Source: Myxococcota bacterium
GTDB taxonomy: Bacteria; Myxococcota; JACRCW01
NCBI GenBank assembly: GCA_040752415.1
Contig: JBFMGU010000128.1
Span: 1 to 30,250, forward strand
Direction: 5' to 3'
DNA length: 30,250 bases
In this document: positions 1 through 7,898 of the stretch, piece by piece
Layout of the letters: every line of letters starts with the position of its first letter
Numbering within the stretch: position 1 is the first letter of the stretch
The notes under the pieces: model-generated
The model's input: the letters and a program-made list of their open reading frames with translations, nothing else
What the model was told of the DNA's origin: nothing
Database searches by the model: none
Translations under genes and position numbers: made by a program

Positions 1-354
1 CGGCTGGCGGAGGAGCGCTATCAGGCGCTTGCCGACACGGACCCGCTCAAGGCCGTCCTGGGCAAGTTGCTCAGCGACGACGATGGGCAGCCCGCGCCGA
101 CCGCCGCCGCCACTCCCTCCGTCCACGGGGGGCAGGACGTGTGGGCCGCCGTGGACGCGCTCCGCCAGCGGGATGAGTACCTGTTCAAGGGCATTCAGAC
201 CGTTGACGCGCGCTCCGCGGCGGCGATGCAGGAAGCACAGCGCCTCGCTGCCAAGGCCGTGGAGCTCCAAGAGCTGCTCAACCTGGTGCTGGAAGAAGTT
301 CACACCAACACGGCCATGCTCAAGAGCCTCAGGGAGAGGCTTCCCGAGCCGTGA
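1..354 (+). CDS. Hypothetical coiled-coil protein, 5' partial
   Basis: Frame is open from base 1 to TGA at 352-354; GC3-rich codons; heptad-like C-terminal half (AMQEAQRLAAKAVELQELLNLVLEEV). Confidence 0.65.
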   Translation, partial: RLAEERYQALADTDPLKAVLGKLLSDDDGQPAPTAAATPSVHGGQDVWAAVDALRQRDEYLFKGIQTVDARSAAAMQEAQRLAAKAVELQELLNLVLEEVHTNTAMLKSLRERLPEP

Positions 355-404
355 CCAACAACCCAACCCGTCGTCACTGACGACACAACAAGGAGAGGAA
401 AGAG

Positions 405-608
405 ATGGCACGCAACGCAAGCAAAGTGGTGGACATGCTCTTGGAGCACCGGCTGACTGACCGGGACATCCAGGCGCGTAACCAGGGCATCAAGGATCGT
501 CTCGACAAGATCGGGCTGCTCCTCAACGCCATGAAGGCCAAGTGGAACGCGGTGAACACCCACGCGCCCATCACGGAGCCTGACTACGACGTCAAGGACT
601 TCACGTGA
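405..608 (+). CDS. Small hypothetical protein (67 aa), element cargo
   Basis: Strong purine-rich SD (AAGGAGAGG) just upstream of the ATG; typical high-GC codon usage. Confidence 0.7.
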   Translation: MARNASKVVDMLLEHRLTDRDIQARNQGIKDRLDKIGLLLNAMKAKWNAVNTHAPITEPDYDVKDFT

Positions 609-638
609 TCGGCGCCCTGATGAAGGGAGCACGCTGCC

Positions 639-1622
639 ATGCAGACGCATCACCACAGCCGCCAATGGCGCCGGAGCGTGGAGACCGCGCTTGTGGCCCT
701 GGCCCTCCGCGGGCGACCACCCGCGGAGGGCACAAGGGCCCCCGTCGCCGACGCACTCAAGCGCAAGAGCTACGTGGCCCCGGTGGACGGCAATGACAGC
801 ACCGCCACGGGGAGCACCACCAAGCCGTTCAAGACGCTGGCGGCTGCCGTAGACCGAATGGGCAAACCCCTGTCGCAGGCAGACTTTGAGGCGCCGTGGG
901 TGATTGAAGCGCTCCAGCCCGGCCGGCTGGACGATGACGCGCCGTTCATCAGGATCCCCACCCGTCGGGTCACGCTCCGGATGCCGGGCGTGTTCCTGCC
1001 CTCCGCCGTCGAGTTCACGGTTCGGGACGCAGACAAGCATGGCTCCAGCTTCATGGCTGAGCTGGCGCTCCTGGGCGGGCCGCCAGGGCGCTTTGGCGGG
1101 CTGGGGGTGCCACCCACGGACGCGTTCCGGATTCGCAATCCTGCGGGCAATGCGTTGCTCGTGGACGGGGAAAGGCAAGGCGTCCTTGTCCGCATGGACG
1201 GGGTGGTGCTGGCCGGCCACTTCCTCCACGCATTCTCCGGTGCCGCGGGCACCGTTGGTGTCACGCTGGAGGCGTCGCGAACGATCTTCAGCGGCGTAAC
1301 GCTCGGCCCTGGGATCGGCGCCGTGCTGGGCGGCCCCACCGCGTCCAAGTGTTACGCGTGGCTCCGAGAGTGCGTGGTGGGCGCCAAGTACGGGTTGGAG
1401 CTGCGGGCGCTCTTGGAGGCCGCGGGATGCTACTTCGGCGGCCCAGTGACGGCGCAGGACGCGCCCGCTGACGTCGTCATTGGCGTGACCGATTGCATGT
1501 GGCTCCACGGCTCATCGTGGACAGGGCCCGCGGGCTCCATGCTCGTCGACCGGGTCACGGACTATTGGCTCACCAAGAACGGGATCGCGGTGTCCCCTGG
1601 CGCCAAGCGGGTGATGGGGTGA
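639..1622 (+). CDS. Hypothetical protein with a DUF1565/pectin-lyase-like (right-handed beta-helix) N-terminal motif
   Basis: SD AAGGGAG upstream; motif YVAPVDGNDSTATGSTTKPFKTLAAAV matches the YV..GND..GS..PFKT cap of beta-helix proteins; stop lies 4 nt before the next gene. Confidence 0.6.
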   Translation: MQTHHHSRQWRRSVETALVALALRGRPPAEGTRAPVADALKRKSYVAPVDGNDSTATGSTTKPFKTLAAAVDRMGKPLSQADFEAPWVIEALQPGRLDDDAPFIRIPTRRVTLRMPGVFLPSAVEFTVRDADKHGSSFMAELALLGGPPGRFGGLGVPPTDAFRIRNPAGNALLVDGERQGVLVRMDGVVLAGHFLHAFSGAAGTVGVTLEASRTIFSGVTLGPGIGAVLGGPTASKCYAWLRECVVGAKYGLELRALLEAAGCYFGGPVTAQDAPADVVIGVTDCMWLHGSSWTGPAGSMLVDRVTDYWLTKNGIAVSPGAKRVMG

Positions 1623-1626
1623 CGCC

Positions 1627-1969
1627 ATGGTCTTTGAGGACGCTTTCCGAAACATGCTGCGCGACGAGATGCGCACGGTTGTGCGTGAGGAAGTGCGGGA
1701 AGCCCTACGCAACGCCAGCCCCGCCCATGCTGTCAGCGAGTCCAACGGCCACGACGAGTATCTCTCGACGGCGGGACGCCGCGCGATACGCCAATGTCAG
1801 TGGCAAGACGGTCCGCTGCTGGATCCGGGAAGGGAAACTCCGCCGATACCGCGCGGGCCGCCTCCTGCGCGTCAAGCGCAGTGAGCTGGACGCACTGATG
1901 GGCGCGGAGGCGCCAGCAACAACTGAGCGCGCGGAGGACATTGCTGCGCGCATCTTGGGAGGAAGGTGA
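1627..1969 (+). pseudogene. Excisionase-family HTH DNA-binding protein, split by a one-base frameshift (real lesion or sequencing error)
   Basis: One frame gives MVFEDAFRNMLRDEMRTVVREEVREAL...DEYLSTA; the next gives DAARYANVSGKTVRCWIREGKLRRYRAGRLLRVKRSELDALM. Removing one G from GGG at 1773-1775 fuses them into a 113-aa HTH_17-like protein. Confidence 0.8.
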
Positions 1970-1973
1970 CGTC

Positions 1974-3437
1974 ATGGGGTACGTCTTCCAACGCGGTAAC
2001 AAGCTGTGGATCGGCTACGACTTCGACGGTAAGCGCTACCAGAAGGCCACGGGCCTCAACGTCGGAGAAGAGGCGAAGGCGCGCACCGTCCTGAAGAAGA
2101 TTGAAGCCCGGTTGGGCGCGACCGCTCGGGCCGAGGAGGAGGCAGGCGCCGAGCTGACGGTGGCGGAGTACGCCAAGCTGTGGATCAAAGCGCGGCGCAC
2201 CCGCGGGGTGGGGACCGTGGACGACGACGAGACACGGCTTCAAAAGCACGCGTTGCCCATCATTGGCACGATGCATCTTCACGACGTGAAGGTCCGCCAC
2301 ATTCGGGATCTGGTTCACAAGCTCGCCGCTGCAAAGACGCTGGCGCCGCGCAGCGTGCGGCATGTCTACGGGCTGTTGCACACGATGTTCAAGGACGCGC
2401 TTATCGACGAGCTGATCGAGGTCAACCCCTGCGTGCTCCGTCGTGGTGACCTGCCAAAGAAGATCGACAAGGACCCGGAGTGGCGGCCCACCGCGATTTT
2501 GACCCGCCAGGAAGTTGAGCAGGTCATTTCGGACCCGCGGATTGCTGAGGAGCGCCGGGTCTTCTACGCCATCAGCGCCCTCGCTGGGCTGCGCCCTCCG
2601 GGTGAGGTGTCCGGCTTGCGCTGGCGCGCCATTGACACAACCGTGACGCCGCTGGGGCGCATCACGGTGGCCGCCTCGTTCAACACCAAGAAGAAAGCTC
2701 TCAAGACGGTGAAGACGGAACAGCCGCGCACGGTGCCCATCCACCCGACGCTTGCGATCCTCTTGGAGCATTGGCGCACGCACGGCTTTGTGGAGTTGAC
2801 CGGGCGCAAGCCGGAGCCGGACGATCTGGTGATTCCTCGTCGTCGGAATGCCCAGGAGGCGCGCGACGGAACCATTGTGAACGAGGCGTGGCACATTGAC
2901 CTGACGCGGCTCGGGCTCCGGCCCCGTCGTCTCTATGACCTCCGCCGCACGTTCATCACGCTGTTGCGGGAGGACGGCGGTCGCAAGGACGTTGTCGAAT
3001 GGATGAGCCACGGACAGCGCGGAGACATCGTCGACGTCTACACAGTGATTCCCTGGCCGCTGCTCTGCGAGGAAATCCTGAAACTGCGGGTCCGGCTCCC
3101 GGAGGCGCCCGCTGCGTCGCTCGCCGCGCCCCCGCCGCCGTTGGCCGCTGAAGCCGCCACGGGCGCAGCCGCGCGGACCCCCGGCCCGGCATCGCAGCCC
3201 TCGGCCACTGAGGCCGGAGCCAGCGCCAACGCCGCAGCCGCGCCAATGGACAGCCCTGCGCCGCAGCCGCCGGCCGCTCAAGACGGAGGCAGCGCAAAAA
3301 GCGAAGCGGCCACGCGTACGGAAGGGGCTTCCGACGGTGGCCGCTTACAGCCTGCTGACATGGTCACGCAACTTGTTGATCTTACAGGTGCAACACAAAT
3401 GATCCCAGCGGGAATCGAACCCGCGTTTGCGACGTGA
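1974..3437 (+). CDS. int: Tyrosine recombinase/integrase (487 aa from ATG 1974)
   Basis: SD GGAGGAAGG before the ATG; arm-binding-like N-terminus; SAM-like domain (LAPRSVRHVYGLLHTMFKDA...NPC); catalytic motifs GLR..GE, VKT, YDLRRT, MSHG, DVYT; Ala/Pro-rich C-terminal tail. Confidence 0.93.
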   Translation: MGYVFQRGNKLWIGYDFDGKRYQKATGLNVGEEAKARTVLKKIEARLGATARAEEEAGAELTVAEYAKLWIKARRTRGVGTVDDDETRLQKHALPIIGTMHLHDVKVRHIRDLVHKLAAAKTLAPRSVRHVYGLLHTMFKDALIDELIEVNPCVLRRGDLPKKIDKDPEWRPTAILTRQEVEQVISDPRIAEERRVFYAISALAGLRPPGEVSGLRWRAIDTTVTPLGRITVAASFNTKKKALKTVKTEQPRTVPIHPTLAILLEHWRTHGFVELTGRKPEPDDLVIPRRRNAQEARDGTIVNEAWHIDLTRLGLRPRRLYDLRRTFITLLREDGGRKDVVEWMSHGQRGDIVDVYTVIPWPLLCEEILKLRVRLPEAPAASLAAPPPPLAAEAATGAAARTPGPASQPSATEAGASANAAAAPMDSPAPQPPAAQDGGSAKSEAATRTEGASDGGRLQPADMVTQLVDLTGATQMIPAGIEPAFAT

Positions 3438-3471
3438 GAGGCCGCCGTCCTAACCGCTAGACGATGGGACC
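3400..3471 (-). tRNA. tRNA-Glu (anticodon CTC), CCA not encoded; probable integration site
   Basis: Reverse complement GGTCCCATCGTCTAGCGGTTAGGACGGCGGCCTCTCACGTCGCAAACGCGGGTTCGATTCCCGCTGGGATCA folds as a cloverleaf; anticodon arm GCGGC-CTCTCAC-GTCGC; T loop GTTCGA. Confidence 0.96.
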
Positions 3472-3529
3472 ATCCGACCGGCCGCGTCTCTAACGCAGCC
3501 GGCCCTCACTGCCAAGCGATAAATGCACC

Positions 3530-3603
3530 TGGTTGGGGAACTAGGATTCGAACCTAGATAAACGGAATCAGAATCCGTTGTCCTGCCATTAGACGATTCC
3601 CCA
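3530..3603 (-). tRNA. tRNA-Gln (anticodon CTG), CCA encoded
   Basis: Reverse complement TGGGGAATCGTCTAATGGCAGGACAACGGATTCTGATTCCGTTTATCTAGGTTCGAATCCTAGTTCCCCAACCA; U1-A72 pair typical of Gln. Confidence 0.97.
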
Positions 3604-3616
3604 TCAACCTTGGCCA

Positions 3617-4054
3617 TCACCTGGACTTCTTCTTCTTCTTGCCCTTCTTGTCTCCCTTGTCATCAGCCTTGTCCTCCGCCTTGGCCGGCTTGGCTTCCAC
3701 CGGGCGCGGGATGATGAACATGCGGATCTCTCCGCTGGTCCCTCCCACCTGGTAGATGTTGATGCCTTCCCAGTTGGACTTGGGATTGCTGCTCTCCACG
3801 TGGAGGTACTTGGCTGCCGGGATGTTGATTTCCCGATGCCACTTGGTCTGCGCGGAGGGGAGGTTGCGGGAGAAGAACTTCAACGTCTCATCCCAGTTCA
3901 GCGGGGAGATGTACCGACACTCCTTGCTGTCCTCCGCCACCTTCTTGCTGTTCTGCGGCAGGCTCAAGCCGTGGCAGGTAGGCTTGGATTCCGCGGCGTG
4001 GGTCAGGGCGGGGATGCCCATCACCAGCAGCGCTGCCGTCATCACGCGAACCAC
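3617..4054 (-). CDS. Exported hypothetical protein with a Lys-rich C-terminal tail (start GTG 4054 or ATG 4042)
   Basis: Signal-peptide-like MTAALLVMGIPALTHA|AES; GC3-rich codons; core WEGINIYQ...EIRMFIIP. The ORF-track extension to 4189 runs through a promoter-like region. Confidence 0.75.
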   Translation of the reverse strand: MVRVMTAALLVMGIPALTHAAESKPTCHGLSLPQNSKKVAEDSKECRYISPLNWDETLKFFSRNLPSAQTKWHREINIPAAKYLHVESSNPKSNWEGINIYQVGGTSGEIRMFIIPRPVEAKPAKAEDKADDKGDKKGKKKKKSR

Positions 4055-4108
4055 GTGACACCCAGTCCCTATGCGGTTTTTCAAAGACCCGTCCGTGAGG
4101 ACGGCGCT

Positions 4109-4138
4109 CCAATACGGCACGCCCAGAATGGCTGTCAA
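4109..4138 (-). promoter_or_regulatory. Putative sigma70-type promoter for the hypothetical gene and tRNA-Gln/tRNA-Glu
   Basis: Minus strand TTGACA-18 nt-TATTGG in the intergenic region. Confidence 0.45.
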
Positions 4139-4185
4139 GCGGGACCTGACGAGGCCAGGGCGATGATCTGACGAAGTGCGGGTGC

Positions 4186-5133
4186 TCATGCAAACAGGGT
4201 GGAGACGGATTCACCGGTGTGCACGCGGCGCACGGCTTCACCAATCAACGTGGCCACGGAGAGCTGGCGGATCTTCTTGCACGCACGACCCGCCGGCGTC
4301 AGCGCAATGGTGTTGCTGACCACGACCTCACCGAGCGGGCTGTTGGTGATGCGCTCCAGCGCGGGGCCGCTCAACACCGGGTGCGTGGCGTACGCGTTCA
4401 CCGTCAGCGCGCCCGCGTCCATGATCGCCTTGGCCGCCTGCGTGAGCGTGCCGGCGGTGTCCACCATGTCATCCAGGAGGATGGCGTGGCGGTCCTTGAC
4501 GTCGCCAACCATGTGCATGACCTCGGCCACGTTGGGCGCGGTGCGACGCTTGTCCACGAAGGCCACCGTGGCGTTGAGCCGCTTGGCGTAGGCACGGGCG
4601 CGCTCCACGCCGCCGGCGTCGGGGCTGACAATGACCATGTTGCCGGCCTTGTGGCGCTCCCGGAGGTCATTGAGCAGCACCGGCATGGCGTACAGGTGAT
4701 CAAAGGGCATGTTGAAGAAGCCCTGGATCTGACCGGCGTGCAGGTCCATGGAGATGACGCGCGTGGCGCCGGCCGCCGCCAGCAGGTCCGCCACCAGCTT
4801 GGCCGTGATGGGCGCGCGCGGGGCCACCTTCCGGTCCTGTCGGGCGTAGCCGAAGTAGGGGATGACCGCGGTGATCTCGTCGGCGCTGGCGCGCTTGAGG
4901 GCGTCAATGAACACCAGCAGCTCCATGAGGTGCTGGTTCACCGGCGTGGAGGTGGACTGGATGACAAAGGCGTGCAGGCCGCGCACGCTCTCGTCCACGT
5001 CGATCATGACCTCGCTGTCGCTGAACGCGCCCACGCGAGCGCGCCCCTGCGGCACGTCCAGGTAGCTGCAGATCTCCTGGGCAAGGAGCGGGTTGGCGTT
5101 CCCAGTGAAGATCCGGATGTCCCGCACGGTCAT
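4186..5133 (-). CDS. prs: Ribose-phosphate pyrophosphokinase (315 aa)
   Basis: Motifs FTGNANP, FSDSEV, PYFGYARQDRK, MDLHAGQIQGFF, VSPDAGGVERAR, DDMVDTAGTL. True start is ATG 5133; the longer ORF runs through a tRNA. Confidence 0.98.
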   Translation of the reverse strand: MTVRDIRIFTGNANPLLAQEICSYLDVPQGRARVGAFSDSEVMIDVDESVRGLHAFVIQSTSTPVNQHLMELLVFIDALKRASADEITAVIPYFGYARQDRKVAPRAPITAKLVADLLAAAGATRVISMDLHAGQIQGFFNMPFDHLYAMPVLLNDLRERHKAGNMVIVSPDAGGVERARAYAKRLNATVAFVDKRRTAPNVAEVMHMVGDVKDRHAILLDDMVDTAGTLTQAAKAIMDAGALTVNAYATHPVLSGPALERITNSPLGEVVVSNTIALTPAGRACKKIRQLSVATLIGEAVRRVHTGESVSTLFA

Positions 5134-5170
5134 GTGAAGCTCCCGCGGCGCGTCGCGCTGGAAGGGCACA

Positions 5171-5242
5171 TTGGGGCGGCAGGATTCGAACCTGCGAATG
5201 CGGGAATCAAAATCCCGTGACTTACCGCTTGTCGACGCCCCA
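5171..5242 (-). tRNA. tRNA-Gln (anticodon TTG), CCA not encoded
   Basis: Reverse complement TGGGGCGTCGACAAGCGGTAAGTCACGGGATTTTGATTCCCGCATTCGCAGGTTCGAATCCTGCCGCCCCAA; tRNA-Gln directly upstream of prs is a widespread arrangement. Confidence 0.97.
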
Positions 5243-5266
5243 GCAATGCGCCGCGCTGCGGGACGG

Positions 5267-5295
5267 CAAATAGGACGCTGCGGCAGGTGGGTCAA
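5267..5295 (-). promoter_or_regulatory. Putative sigma70-type promoter for tRNA-Gln-prs
   Basis: Minus strand TTGACC-17 nt-TATTTG followed by a GC-rich discriminator-like stretch, about 25 nt upstream of the tRNA. Confidence 0.5.
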
Positions 5296-5354
5296 CACCC
5301 CAACGCCCGCGTTCCAGCCATCCCGCGCGCCGCGCCCACCCTGTAGCGGCTACA

Positions 5355-7898
5355 ATGCCTCGCTGCATGCGGGATCCCACCCCTGCCAGCCCCCCGCGCG
5401 CCGCCCGTGGAATCCTGCGTGCCGGCGCCGCGTTGGCGTTCCTCCTGGCGTCAGCGCAGGCCTGGACGTACCCGGGCGGGATCGTCGGCTACAGCGGGCA
5501 GGGCGGGCAGTGGTGCCTGGCGTGTCACAACTACCAGAACGCCAACTACGTGGTGCGCGTGGAGATCCCGCCGGGGCCGTACACCGTCCACAACACGTAT
5601 GAGCTCACGTTCGTGGGGCGGCGCACGTCGTCGTTCCAGGCGGGGATGAACGCCGCGGTGGAGCGGGGCACGCTGTCCAAGCCGGCCAATGAAGGCACCG
5701 ACCTGGACGTCACCGGCAATGAGGGCCGACACCGCTCCCCGCGCAGCTCCACCGCCACCGCTGACGGCGCGTACGAGGTGCGCTGGCGCCTGCTGTGGCG
5801 TCCCCCCGCGCTGGGCTCCGACGAGAACAACGTGGTCCGCATCTTCTGGGCCAGCAACGGGCGCAACACCAACAGCACGCGGATGGCCAACGTGCTCACC
5901 GACGGGGGCACGTGCCAGAGCAACAACTCCAGCGGGTGCGGCATCCCGGTGACCGTGGAGCGCCTGCCGTGTACCGACGACGACGATGACGGCTACTTCC
6001 CCACCGCGTGCCTCTCCGACGTGGCCTTGGGGGGCGGAGACTGCGACAACGCCAACGCGGACCGCTCGCCGGCGCTGACCGAGCGCTGCAACGGGGTTGA
6101 CGACGACTGCGACGGCCAGACCGACGAGGGCTTCTCCGTGGGCGGCCTGCCGCCGGGCTCCACCTGCGACGGGAACGACGCGGACGCGTGCCTGGATGGG
6201 ACGGTGACCTGCGCCGCGGATGGGTTGTCGTCGAGCTGCGTGGAGACGGTGGACAACACGGAGCGGTGCAACGGCGGTGACGACGACTGCGACGGCCTTA
6301 CCGACGAGGGCTACACCACATCGACCGGCCAACCGCTGGGCGCCGCGTGCGATGGGAACGACCTCGATCAATGCGCCACGGGAGTGGTGGAGTGCGTTTC
6401 GCTGACGGCGGCGGCGTGCGTGGAGGGCGGGCCCAACCACTCCGAGACGTGCAACGGCCAGGATGACGACTGCGACGGTCTCACCGACGAGATCTACAGC
6501 GGCCTGGGCACCGCGTGCGACGGGACCGACGCCGACCGCTGCCTCAACGGAGTCCGACAGTGCAAGGCGGATGGCACGGGGACGGAATGCGTGGAGACGG
6601 TGAGCTACCTGGAGTCGTGCAACGGCGCGGATGATGACTGCGACGGTTTCACCGACGAGAACTACTTCACGCTGGGGCAGCCGTGCGACGGGGCGGACAC
6701 CGACCGCTGCCTGCAGGGCACGTCCACGTGCAAGGCGGATGGCACCGGCGTGGAGTGCGTGAACGAGGTGCAGTCTTTCACCGAGCAGTGCAATGGGCAG
6801 GATGATGACTGCGACTTCCTCGTCGACGAAGGGTGCGTGCCGGACGCGGGGCCACCTCCCGACGCGGGCAGCGTGGTTGTCGACGCCGGAAGCAGTGAGC
6901 GGGATGCGGGCGTGGCCGTGGATGCCTCCTCCCCCGACGCCGCTCCCTGCGGCCTTCCCTACGAGCTGTGCAACGACGCGGACGACGACTGCGACGGGGA
7001 CACCGACGAGGACTTCCCGGACAAGTACGCGCCCTGCGACGGGGAGGACTCCGACCTGTGCCAGAGCGGCGTCATGGTCTGCACGGCGACGGGAGACGCC
7101 ACGGAATGCGTGGAGCCCATCACGTACACCGAGCTGTGCAACGGCCAGGACGACGACTGCGACGGCGAGGAGGACGAGGGCTACTTCTACCAGGACCTCC
7201 CCGTGGGCCAGCCCTGCGACAGCGCCGACAGCGACCGCTGCGCCAACGGCTCGGTGACCTGCACGGAAGGCGGGCTGGGCACCGTGTGCACGGAGAGCGC
7301 CACGTTCACCGAGACCTGCAACAACGTGGACGATGATTGCGACGGAGCGCTGGACGAGGGGTTCCCGGGCCTGGGCCTGATCTGTGATTCCGACGACGAG
7401 GACCAGTGCTCACTCGGCAACATCCGCTGCAACGAGGCGGGGAACGGCCTGCGGTGCGTCGAGGACGTGCACCCGCAGGAGGTCTGCAACGGGGTCGACG
7501 ACAACTGCGACGGCATCACCGACCCGGACTGCGCGCCCGACGCAGGAGCGCCCGATGCGTCGACGACGGATGCGAGCCAGCCGGACGCCGCGACCCCGGA
7601 TGCCGGGTTCGATGCCGCTGTGGTGGACGCGGGCTGGGATGCGTCGGTGTTGGATGCGGGGAATGATGTCGATGCCGCGGATGCGGCGGATGCAGGGCAG
7701 GGGGATGCCTCGTCGGCGGATGGGTCTGGGCGGCCCTTCCTGCGACGCGATGCGGACGCTGGACTACCGCCGGAAGTCACCGTGGTGGGGGCCGCGCAGG
7801 GATGCTCCTCGTCGGGAGACGCGGGTTGGGGGGCGTGGGTGGTGGTGTTTGTGCTGCGGCGGTTGCGACCTACTTCGTCCACAACTCGCCCAGGCTGA
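5355..7898 (+). CDS. Large surface protein: signal peptide, CxxCH + Reeler-like N-terminal domain, nine MopE-like (putative metal-binding) Cys/Asp repeats, DAG-rich linker, MYXO-CTERM-like anchor
   Basis: AALAFLLASAQAWT signal; WCLACH; nine E.CN..DD[DN]CD...D units; C-terminus GCSSSGDAGWGAWVVVFVLRRLR. Start could be 5355 or 5367. Confidence 0.85.
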   Translation: MPRCMRDPTPASPPRAARGILRAGAALAFLLASAQAWTYPGGIVGYSGQGGQWCLACHNYQNANYVVRVEIPPGPYTVHNTYELTFVGRRTSSFQAGMNAAVERGTLSKPANEGTDLDVTGNEGRHRSPRSSTATADGAYEVRWRLLWRPPALGSDENNVVRIFWASNGRNTNSTRMANVLTDGGTCQSNNSSGCGIPVTVERLPCTDDDDDGYFPTACLSDVALGGGDCDNANADRSPALTERCNGVDDDCDGQTDEGFSVGGLPPGSTCDGNDADACLDGTVTCAADGLSSSCVETVDNTERCNGGDDDCDGLTDEGYTTSTGQPLGAACDGNDLDQCATGVVECVSLTAAACVEGGPNHSETCNGQDDDCDGLTDEIYSGLGTACDGTDADRCLNGVRQCKADGTGTECVETVSYLESCNGADDDCDGFTDENYFTLGQPCDGADTDRCLQGTSTCKADGTGVECVNEVQSFTEQCNGQDDDCDFLVDEGCVPDAGPPPDAGSVVVDAGSSERDAGVAVDASSPDAAPCGLPYELCNDADDDCDGDTDEDFPDKYAPCDGEDSDLCQSGVMVCTATGDATECVEPITYTELCNGQDDDCDGEEDEGYFYQDLPVGQPCDSADSDRCANGSVTCTEGGLGTVCTESATFTETCNNVDDDCDGALDEGFPGLGLICDSDDEDQCSLGNIRCNEAGNGLRCVEDVHPQEVCNGVDDNCDGITDPDCAPDAGAPDASTTDASQPDAATPDAGFDAAVVDAGWDASVLDAGNDVDAADAADAGQGDASSADGSGRPFLRRDADAGLPPEVTVVGAAQGCSSSGDAGWGAWVVVFVLRRLRPTSSTTRPG
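6080..7530 (+). repeat. Coding repeat array: nine MopE-like units (ExCNGxDDDCDGxxDE), mostly spaced 56-63 codons apart
   Basis: Recurring tgcaacggc..gacgacgactgcgacgg..accgacga nucleotide motif, in frame within the CDS. Confidence 0.85.

Larger units (their letters stand above)
1..3440. mobile_element. Right end of an integrated element (prophage or integrative element) inserted at the 3' half of tRNA-Glu(CTC); left end lies outside the window
   Basis: Co-oriented cargo genes, then an excisionase-like HTH gene, then a tyrosine integrase abutting and overlapping the 3' end of a tRNA gene. No structural phage genes or second att copy are visible, so the element class is unresolved. Confidence 0.8.

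Noticed and set aside
1765..1780. Programmed ribosomal frameshift in the excisionase-like gene
   Set aside because: No slippery heptamer or recognisable +1 shift site; a single-base insertion or read error is simpler.
4089..4104. Hairpin CCGTCC-GTGA-GGACGG as an intrinsic terminator
   Set aside because: The 6-bp stem is real but has no proper U-tract and lies just downstream of a putative promoter; function unsupported.
5134..5298. N-terminal extension of prs in the ORF track
   Set aside because: It reads through tRNA-Gln(TTG) and its promoter; Prs homology begins at ATG 5133.
5171..5602. ORF starting MGRQDSNLR
   Set aside because: Typical antisense translation of a tRNA gene; it also overlaps the real surface protein gene out of frame.
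6080..7530. Regularly spaced repeats as a CRISPR array
   Set aside because: Repeats are degenerate at third codon positions, in frame and roughly 170-190 nt apart; no cas genes in the window.
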